A stretch of DNA of 26,508 bases, from the IMG/VR virus record IMGVR_UViG_3300017722_003065, positions 1 through 26,508 of that record; one strand, written 5' to 3'. The translations under genes were made by a program, and so were the position numbers. This stretch comes from a virus. Its lineage: Duplodnaviria; Caudoviricetes. The notes under the pieces are model-generated. The model was not told where the DNA came from, searched no databases, and saw only the letters and a program-made list of their open reading frames with translations. This document shows positions 9,594 to 16,643 of this stretch, piece by piece (within the stretch, counting starts at the first letter, position 1; every line of letters begins with the position of its first letter).

Positions 9594-9620
9594 ACTCGCA
9601 AGAATAGAACGGAAAACGCT

Positions 9621-10901
9621 ATGCAAAATAAACCATTAAAAGAAAACGATGACGACATGTTTGGCGGTGCTGCACCTGCCAAGCCCGGCGGCCGCCGTGC
9701 CCCAGACAAAGATCTATTTGGGACTCCTAAAAGATTAATCATTGCCAAGGTACTACGTGCTCATGCGCAAGCCAGCATCAAAGAGATTGCTCAAGCCCAG
9801 CGTCGTGCGCAGGCCGGCAAGGCCAAAAGCTATGAGGATGCTGAATATCTTGGTTGGCTACAACAATTGGCCAATATAATGACAAAAGTCGCTGACGTGT
9901 TCCAATTCAAAGGCACAGCGCCGGGATGGCTTGCATATCACCGAGCCTTGCGTAAGTTTGACGCCGAGGGAGTTGAAGAAGACATTGCCAGTGACCTTGA
10001 AGATGCAGGCATTGATGTAGATGAACTCATTGAATATGAAACCGCTGTGGCTCAAGTGTATCAGGACATGCGCGAATCTACCAACAACTATCTGAGAGAA
10101 TTTGTTGAGTGGACCAACCTTATATTCACCGAAGCCGACAAAAAGAAACAGACACAGACAAAAACAAAAACTGATCAGCCGGGCCTAGATCCCAATATGT
10201 TTACACCAAAGATGGATCAGCCCTTGACACGTCAAGAACCTGAACAGCCAAAAGATCAACAGCCAAGTCAGCCTAGAGATGTGCGCCGAGCATCAGCACA
10301 ACGTACAAAGCAGGCCACTGCTGGCATCACGCCCACTGATCAAATGAGCAACATGTTGGGCAAATTGCGCAACATAGAGATTGATACAGACCTGCCAGAC
10401 TATCCTGACACTGAACCCGAAACCATGCCCTCGGTAGATGTCAACACACGCAACTTGCCTGCAGTGGCATCGGCCAATCTTCAAGCCGCAGGTCTACAGA
10501 ATCCCGAGTTCTATCAAGTGGCAGCACTGCCTGGCAACATGGCAGCAATGATCCGACAACTGGGACGCAATCTGTTTGGATCACTCACAGCAACACCAAC
10601 CAATAGAATTCATGTTGTGGCCAACCTGGGTGGTCAAGGTCCCAACACCACACAAGAAGTCAATGCTGTGGCAGGATATCTACGCGAGTACGGCACAGAC
10701 CTAGGCCCTGGTGATGTTGATTTCAATCAAGTCATGCCAGGTTATCAGGCTGACACGCACATGTATTCAGCAGGTGGCATCCGTTGGATGCTGGTCAAGG
10801 ACTTTGCTGGTCAGTATATCTACTGTTGGCCTGAGTCTGATTCAGTGGACTATGATCCACAAAAGAAATTAAGCTCAGATCCACAAAAAAGATTGCGATG
10901 A
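9621..10901 (+). CDS. Hypothetical modular protein with DDDMFG tag; putative virion internal protein
   Basis: 426-aa ORF beginning MQNKPLKE-NDDDMFG, with internal MRE/FTE sites, a Q/P-rich linker and a globular C-terminal domain. Confidence 0.75.
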   Translation: MQNKPLKENDDDMFGGAAPAKPGGRRAPDKDLFGTPKRLIIAKVLRAHAQASIKEIAQAQRRAQAGKAKSYEDAEYLGWLQQLANIMTKVADVFQFKGTAPGWLAYHRALRKFDAEGVEEDIASDLEDAGIDVDELIEYETAVAQVYQDMRESTNNYLREFVEWTNLIFTEADKKKQTQTKTKTDQPGLDPNMFTPKMDQPLTRQEPEQPKDQQPSQPRDVRRASAQRTKQATAGITPTDQMSNMLGKLRNIEIDTDLPDYPDTEPETMPSVDVNTRNLPAVASANLQAAGLQNPEFYQVAALPGNMAAMIRQLGRNLFGSLTATPTNRIHVVANLGGQGPNTTQEVNAVAGYLREYGTDLGPGDVDFNQVMPGYQADTHMYSAGGIRWMLVKDFAGQYIYCWPESDSVDYDPQKKLSSDPQKRLR

Positions 10902-11578
10902 GAGCCAAAGAATTTATTACAGAAGTAGATCCTATACAGATACAACTGGGGCCAGATATCTCGCCTGAACTTCGTCGCTACAAAGAACGTGGTACACTAG
11001 ATACATTTGATCCCAGTGGGAGAGAATACGGTGCACAAGATATTCTGGGACCTGGACAGATTCGTCAGATGAGAGCAGTACAAAACGCAGCACCTTCGTT
11101 TTCATATCCCAAAACTGGCGCCATGGGATCAACCTACAGTCCGCCCAGAGACGACACCACACCTGTGATTCCTGTCAACATCAAGCGTGTGGACACGTTT
11201 GAACCTCCAGAGAAAGCTCAGGCCAACTGGACCAAGGTGAATCGCATGGCTGATGCATTGAAAGCCGGCAAAGAACTGCCGCCAATTGCAGTCAAGCCCA
11301 CTGACACAGGATACCAAGTAGTTGACGGACATCACAGATTGGCAGCGCATCAAAAAGCCGGATCAACCACTATCCCTGCCAAGGTTGTGCAGCCAGAAAA
11401 TATAAAAACAATCAACGAGCCCAGCATGAACTGGGGGTATGATCAAGCCACCAAAGATTTTCTCAGACCCGGCTACAAAGATCAACGGCCCAAGAATGTC
11501 AAAATACCAGTGAGCTTGAAGCAGGCTGCAGTTACAGCGGATCAAAGTCGTACAGCTATACCACCGGTGAAACAATAA
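10898..11578 (+). CDS. ParB/sulfiredoxin-like N-terminal domain protein with CTS-like leader
   Basis: LPPIAVKP..GYQVVDGHHRLAA is the ParBc signature. N-terminus is MRAKEFITE. ATGA overlap with the upstream stop. Confidence 0.8.
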   Translation: MRAKEFITEVDPIQIQLGPDISPELRRYKERGTLDTFDPSGREYGAQDILGPGQIRQMRAVQNAAPSFSYPKTGAMGSTYSPPRDDTTPVIPVNIKRVDTFEPPEKAQANWTKVNRMADALKAGKELPPIAVKPTDTGYQVVDGHHRLAAHQKAGSTTIPAKVVQPENIKTINEPSMNWGYDQATKDFLRPGYKDQRPKNVKIPVSLKQAAVTADQSRTAIPPVKQ

Positions 11579-11589
11579 CTTAGCAAAAC

Positions 11590-12342
11590 ATGATCATAAC
11601 TGACCGTGAAGGATGTTCAGGCTCTTGGCTCACCGAACTTTTGTTGTTGGGCGGACGCACTGGGCAGGCTTTTTTTCGGCAGGATCGTGCAGGTGGCAAT
11701 GTCAGCACAGATCATCTACATGGCAATGGGCATGATGATCAAAGTCTACGTGACCTACGCGATAGATGGAATGGTGAAAAAATAATTCGTTGCCACAGCA
11801 CCAACTATGCACTGCTGCGTGAGCTATGGCCCGACGAAATGATTGTGCGCATTGTGCCCAAGACATCTATACTGCAGGCCGTGGCCGCTGCCTACTACAA
11901 AACACGCACTGACACTGACCCCACTGTGGCTGCTGCATTTGATTTTATCAATCACTACTATCAGTTGTTTAAAAACGATCCCAAGCCTGTGACTGTTGAC
12001 AATTCTTGTGTGATAGACTTTGGCGTACTGTCACGTGAACGTCCGTTTGAACGGCTGTGTGAAGAACTGTTTGAACTGCCCCTGCAAGACAACCACTGGC
12101 GATTCTGGCGTGACTACTGGATGTTACAACACTATCCTGTGGATGAAGAACGCTTGGTGGTCAACATAACTCCGCTGAATCTCTACCGGGTGTTTGACCG
12201 CGAACCCACAGCGTTCAATCTGGCGTGTTTTGTTTTTGTGTACGAGCTCATGAATGATCTTCCTGAAGAATCAAGACTATGGTCAATTGACCAAGCCGCC
12301 ACCAACTTCTCCGAACTACTCAATCAAATGCAATACCGTTGA
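11590..12342 (+). CDS. Hypothetical protein, weak sulfotransferase/P-loop-like resemblance
   Basis: 250-aa ORF. N-terminal IIT.REGCSGSWL.ELL and IIRCH resemble the 5'-PAPS loop and KxH motif of sulfotransferases. The function is weakly supported. Confidence 0.55.
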   Translation: MIITDREGCSGSWLTELLLLGGRTGQAFFRQDRAGGNVSTDHLHGNGHDDQSLRDLRDRWNGEKIIRCHSTNYALLRELWPDEMIVRIVPKTSILQAVAAAYYKTRTDTDPTVAAAFDFINHYYQLFKNDPKPVTVDNSCVIDFGVLSRERPFERLCEELFELPLQDNHWRFWRDYWMLQHYPVDEERLVVNITPLNLYRVFDREPTAFNLACFVFVYELMNDLPEESRLWSIDQAATNFSELLNQMQYR

Positions 12343-13126
12343 CCAGGTCCGAGGCAATGCCTTGAGGCCCAGACTCTGTCATGCCCACGTGAAATATCTT
12401 TGTGGGCTGTATTGCCAGCTCACTGCAGACTTCAACGTGTTTGTTGCCATAGCAATTCCACCCATAGTCTCGCGGTAAGTTGTTTATGACGTAACTGCCT
12501 GCGCTGGTTTGAGCCATGTTGGCTGTGCGTTCAAAGTGATTGAACACAGTGACTGAATCCATGCTGCGTTGACGGCTCCATCGCACTCCTATGCGATTCC
12601 ACTCCATGGCATATTTGCTGAGGCTCATGGCAAAACTCTCTATGCAGGGATGCGCTAGATCAATCTCAATGTCTCGTGCTGCAGTGAACCAAGCAAAGTC
12701 AATGTGTATGGGTATGTTCTTTCGCTCACACTCACGCAACACTTCAGGCCAGTCCGGACGAAGGTCAGCCCAGCGCCAGTTAGGCAAACTCACAATCAAC
12801 GGGCGGCCTGGCGTCAGCATACCTGGCTCAGTGCCATGCTTGCCCATCAATCCATAGTAGGCATATTCCTGCGGCAAAATCTGTAGTCCTGCCCAGCCAT
12901 GCTTGAGCACCAGACTTTCAATGAAGTGTGTGCAGCCAAGTATGACATCGGTGTCAGGAAATTCATCCCAGCCCTGAAGATCATTGATACGAGTGCTGCG
13001 AAACCACTCCACTGCCTCGGGTAAAAATTCTTCCTTGGTGGTCATGTGTTGTTGCCCGGCAAACCACTGCTGGCGCAGCTTTACCAAATGTTGATCTCTC
13101 AACGGTAGTAGTTTTTTCACGCCCAT
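12320..13126 (-). CDS. PLP-dependent aminotransferase-like (fold type I) protein
   Basis: IVSLPN, PIHIDFAW (PLP Asp) and FAMSLSK (Schiff-base Lys) followed by NRIG, in the expected order. Confidence 0.7.
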   Translation of the reverse strand: MGVKKLLPLRDQHLVKLRQQWFAGQQHMTTKEEFLPEAVEWFRSTRINDLQGWDEFPDTDVILGCTHFIESLVLKHGWAGLQILPQEYAYYGLMGKHGTEPGMLTPGRPLIVSLPNWRWADLRPDWPEVLRECERKNIPIHIDFAWFTAARDIEIDLAHPCIESFAMSLSKYAMEWNRIGVRWSRQRSMDSVTVFNHFERTANMAQTSAGSYVINNLPRDYGWNCYGNKHVEVCSELAIQPTKIFHVGMTESGPQGIASDLVNGIAFD

Positions 13127-13587
13127 ACGTCATCCATGAGCCAACGGTAAAACGGTGATTCAAATGTCAGATGCCAGACTCCATTGTGTCCCAACACAGT
13201 TTCCCCGGGAACCTGACTCAGTAAGGGCTGCCCCAGTTCCTGCTGTTGTTGTGCCCAGGGTTCAGGATAGTCAGGTTCGTACCAACTGCGACTGTAAATG
13301 ATGTTTTGAATATCCACACCATCAATGGTGATCTGCTGTATTGTCAACAGTTGATCTTTTTTCATGCCATGTAAGGTACTGGGGTGATCGTGAGTTTTGT
13401 TGTAGCGTCGTATAGTCAAACTCTGTGTGTCGCCGTGTTGGAGACTGTGATGAAATCTCACGGTGGTACGACGGGTAACAAAGTTATCCCAGATCACTGT
13501 GTTGTTGATGGCGATTTCAGCCCCGGGTGGATGACTCCAATGTTGCGGATCAAGCACAATTGTAAATTCAATAGTTTCTGTTCTCAT
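13117..13587 (-). CDS. Hypothetical protein (beta-rich)
   Basis: 156-aa ORF overlapping the downstream minus-strand gene, with TAAATA 5 nt upstream on the minus strand. Confidence 0.7.
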   Translation of the reverse strand: MRTETIEFTIVLDPQHWSHPPGAEIAINNTVIWDNFVTRRTTVRFHHSLQHGDTQSLTIRRYNKTHDHPSTLHGMKKDQLLTIQQITIDGVDIQNIIYSRSWYEPDYPEPWAQQQQELGQPLLSQVPGETVLGHNGVWHLTFESPFYRWLMDDVWA

Positions 13588-13592
13588 TGATG

Positions 13593-13608
13593 TATTTAAA
13601 ATTAAATA
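13593..13608. promoter_or_regulatory. Back-to-back divergent TAAATA boxes (TATTTA-aaat-TAAATA)
   Basis: An inverted pair of hexamers fills the 25-nt gap between the divergent genes 13587(-) and 13613(+). Confidence 0.65.
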
Positions 13609-13612
13609 TCAG

Positions 13613-14203
13613 GTGAGTATAGATTCTTCCCTTGTTGAACAGGCCACTGCCTACAGCTATTGGCAATTACTGCAGTCACGCACAACTGTGATATCTGGAC
13701 TATTTCGTGTGCAGGATTTTTTGTATCCAGTGTTGCTGGACAAACTGCTGGCAAAATTACGTGAAACTCTGCCCTGGCAGCCTGAAACCACTGAGTCTGG
13801 ACTTGAAGCCTATCCCAACAGACAAAAAATAAATTGGTTACCAGATTCAGTAATTGAAGAAACGCACATGGTGTTTGCAAACATCACTGCGGCAGTCAAC
13901 AGCAAATTCTCTAGAAACAATAGATTTTTGAGTATTTCAGTGTGGCGAGATGACCCTGGGTACTGTATTGTCCCACATACCGACACTGAGTTGATAGACA
14001 TTGCCATACAAATCTATCTAGAGCCCGGACTTCCAGAATTGGGCACAGAATTTCATCTAGATTCCCACACAGTCAAGATACCCTATCAACCAAACACAGG
14101 ATATATCATGGACAATCAAGCTCAGATCTCACACAGCATGAGCACGCCAGTGCCGGAATTTCAGCGCAGACTCAGTGTGTACGCAATCTATACTGCTCAA
14201 TAA
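13613..14203 (+). CDS. 2OG-Fe(II) oxygenase superfamily protein
   Basis: HxD (PHTD), IQIYL, GTEF, distal His (ISHSM) and 2OG-binding RxS (RRLSVY). Confidence 0.8.
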   Translation: MSIDSSLVEQATAYSYWQLLQSRTTVISGLFRVQDFLYPVLLDKLLAKLRETLPWQPETTESGLEAYPNRQKINWLPDSVIEETHMVFANITAAVNSKFSRNNRFLSISVWRDDPGYCIVPHTDTELIDIAIQIYLEPGLPELGTEFHLDSHTVKIPYQPNTGYIMDNQAQISHSMSTPVPEFQRRLSVYAIYTAQ

Positions 14204-14206
14204 ATA
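14201..14206 (+). promoter_or_regulatory. Late-promoter-like TAAATA
   Basis: Overlaps the stop of the oxygenase gene and lies 4 nt before the ATG at 14211. Confidence 0.55.
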
Positions 14207-14210
14207 TAAA

Positions 14211-14507
14211 ATGGGTCGCTATTTTGTCAAAGTTGAATGTGATGTATTCTGTGATTGGCACAGTGAAAATCCACGCTACAGAGTGTTTGTGAATGACGAG
14301 TTGTTTGTTGAAAGAACTTGGATTTGGCAGCATCATTATCTGCGTGAATGTATTCAGATGCAGGTAAACCCTGGCAAATATGCCATAAAGATTGAACTGG
14401 TGGAACCTGCTCCCAATGCCACACTGACCTGGAGCAACACACAAATAACAACAGGCCCGGCCACCATCAAAAGCGGTTGGTTAATAAAGGTACATGATGA
14501 GAGCTAG
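14211..14507 (+). CDS. Hypothetical protein (98 aa, beta-rich)
   Basis: The ATG at 14211 follows TAAATA and avoids a long overlap with the upstream gene. Sequence MGRYFVKVECDV...PRYRVFVNDELFVERTW. Confidence 0.7.
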   Translation: MGRYFVKVECDVFCDWHSENPRYRVFVNDELFVERTWIWQHHYLRECIQMQVNPGKYAIKIELVEPAPNATLTWSNTQITTGPATIKSGWLIKVHDES

Positions 14508-14679
14508 AGAATTTGTGACAGAAACCACCACTGCCGGCGCAATTGCCACGGTAGATGCCCCTTTGGGCGGTGTCCAGCACAGAAATGCTGGATCGTTCTT
14601 TGGCGGTAAATATACCAATGAACCATTCGCTAATACTCCGCAATGGATGAGAAAAGGAAAACGCCGTGCTCGCAGATGA
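14497..14679 (+). CDS. Small putative virion internal protein with CTS-like leader
   Basis: MRAREFVTE-TTTAGAIATV with a basic C-terminus. AAGG lies upstream and the gene is coupled to both neighbours. The start may be 14494. Confidence 0.7.
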   Translation: MRAREFVTETTTAGAIATVDAPLGGVQHRNAGSFFGGKYTNEPFANTPQWMRKGKRRARR

Positions 14680-15109
14680 TTTAAAAGTTTTATTGGCCAG
14701 TAGTTATGCTTTTGCTGTCAAAGCGCAGTACTTTCACTGGAATGTTGAAGGTCCGGACTTTGCACAATTGCATGAGTTCTTTGAGAAGCTTTATTTAGAA
14801 GTCAACGACAATGCTGTTGATCGCACGGCTGAATTTATTCGCAGCTTGGATGAATACACCCCAGGTAGTTTTGAAAGATTCAGTGAACTAAGCATCATTG
14901 CCGGGCAGACTAAAATTCCACGTGCTCGTATCATGTTGGAAGAACTCTATACCAGCAATGCGGCAATGATTGACCTGTTGAATCAATGCTTTGAATCGGC
15001 TCAAAACGAACGTCAGGAAGGCATTGCCAATTTCATTGCTGAACGCCTAGATGCGCACGGCAAACATGGCTGGATGCTGCGCAGTTTCTTAAAGGATGCA
15101 CGAGCATGA
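14666..15109 (+). CDS. dps: Dps family ferritin-like DNA-protection protein
   Basis: FHWNVEGPDFAQLHEFFEKLY..D..AE..R and C-terminal KHGWMLRS. AAGGA lies upstream of the GTG start. Confidence 0.92.
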   Translation: MLADDLKVLLASSYAFAVKAQYFHWNVEGPDFAQLHEFFEKLYLEVNDNAVDRTAEFIRSLDEYTPGSFERFSELSIIAGQTKIPRARIMLEELYTSNAAMIDLLNQCFESAQNERQEGIANFIAERLDAHGKHGWMLRSFLKDARA

Positions 15110-16071
15110 TGTACGGACTAAAACCATTTAATGGCGCAGAGATGCGAGCATACTTAGATGTTCTGAACGAAGCACCTCCTGCACAAGGTGTAATGCGCCA
15201 GAGTGCAGGAAGTCCTGAAAGAGAACAACAATTTATCAACAAATCAATGGCAGATATGGAGACCATGGCCAACAGAAAAGTTAGGCCTGATGAATCTGTT
15301 CAAGAAGATGAACTGTCAGAGCTACGCAGATATTTTGACATGGTTGAGGCCAATGAAACTCCCACAGGTGCTGGACAATTTTCAACCAAGCAGATGGGGG
15401 ATGGAACAAAAGTTTCGTTTGATCCAGCTACTGGTGGCAAAACTGTCAGCGGCGCCGACGGCGCAACCAGTTACAATGTAGCAGGACAAAAAACATCATC
15501 TCAAACTCCCAGCTTTAAAGGATTCCAGAAATCAACCAACTATCAAACTGGTGAAAAGACTACTACTGGACAAGTGGGGCCTGTGAGTATTTCATCAACT
15601 CAAAGGCCAGATCAAAGCACAGTTCAAACTGCCGAGGTGCCTCTAGGTTCAGACGTCACCGCCAAGGTGGCACGAGGTATAGGATTTGGTGGCGCCGGAA
15701 AAGATGTTCAACAGGGCGGTAATCAAGTCACAGGCATAACAACTAGAACAGCTCAAAATCCCGAAGGAACCACATCAAGTTTTGTAGGCAAGCCAACTGA
15801 TCAACAATTTGATCAAGCAGTACAAGAAGATGATCTTGAGGACAAAGTCATGGCACAATACAACACTCCACAGGCAAAAGCAAAAAGTCAAGCAATAGAT
15901 AAAGCGTTTGCATCAGGTGACCAAAAAGAATTTGATAGATTGGGCATTCAATCTCCTGAACAAATTGAGCGAGATCTTCAAACAATGCTTGCAGGAGAAA
16001 AAGCACAAGATGCAGCAGTGCAACGAAATCCCAGTTTGGTAATGCGTGAATGGATGGCACTGTGCCGATGA
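15106..16071 (+). CDS. Hypothetical protein with a G/T/S/Q-rich central region and x-x-E sites
   Basis: 321-aa ORF coupled by an ATGA overlap. Contains VLNE, VQEDE, MVE and VQEDD sites. Confidence 0.7.
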   Translation: MMYGLKPFNGAEMRAYLDVLNEAPPAQGVMRQSAGSPEREQQFINKSMADMETMANRKVRPDESVQEDELSELRRYFDMVEANETPTGAGQFSTKQMGDGTKVSFDPATGGKTVSGADGATSYNVAGQKTSSQTPSFKGFQKSTNYQTGEKTTTGQVGPVSISSTQRPDQSTVQTAEVPLGSDVTAKVARGIGFGGAGKDVQQGGNQVTGITTRTAQNPEGTTSSFVGKPTDQQFDQAVQEDDLEDKVMAQYNTPQAKAKSQAIDKAFASGDQKEFDRLGIQSPEQIERDLQTMLAGEKAQDAAVQRNPSLVMREWMALCR

Positions 16072-16643
16072 GCGACGATATAAAAAATATGTTGGACAAA
16101 CTTAGGTTGCTGGAAGGCACAGTTACCTCGCCAGCATTGCCCAAGCGAGGGTTGAACAAACAACAGAAGTCAGTGCCTGAGTTGCCGGCGCTGTTCAAGC
16201 CCAAAGACATATCACCGGTGTTGGGCGGCAAGAAGGATCCACGGCACCCCACTGCAGATTACTTTGTAGGTGGTGAAAGCAAAGAAATGTCCGAGGATCT
16301 GTTGAGCAATGTGCGTCGCACTTTAGATGATTACCTGCAAGACATTGAACAAAAATTAGAAAAACAAAAAGATCGTGATTTAATCAGCAAAGCCGGACAA
16401 GACATACAGAAAGATCCACTGCGTGATTTATTACCAGTTAAAACCATTGCCACCGACGATGGCAAAGACATGCGCATACATGGCAATGAGGATGATGGGT
16501 TTGTTATTCGTATTCGTGATCGGCCAATGAAGGCTCGATTCCGCACACTTGATGAAGCAGAAATGGCCTGTGAACTTTTTGCAGCACATCGTCGTAATCG
16601 CAACATGGAAGCTCAAGCACAAGACTACGTGGAAGAATCATGA
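16068..16643 (+). CDS. Hypothetical protein, putative virion internal protein
   Basis: ATGA overlap at 16068-16071. Leader MSDDIKNMLDKLRLLE. Confidence 0.7.
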   Translation: MSDDIKNMLDKLRLLEGTVTSPALPKRGLNKQQKSVPELPALFKPKDISPVLGGKKDPRHPTADYFVGGESKEMSEDLLSNVRRTLDDYLQDIEQKLEKQKDRDLISKAGQDIQKDPLRDLLPVKTIATDDGKDMRIHGNEDDGFVIRIRDRPMKARFRTLDEAEMACELFAAHRRNRNMEAQAQDYVEES

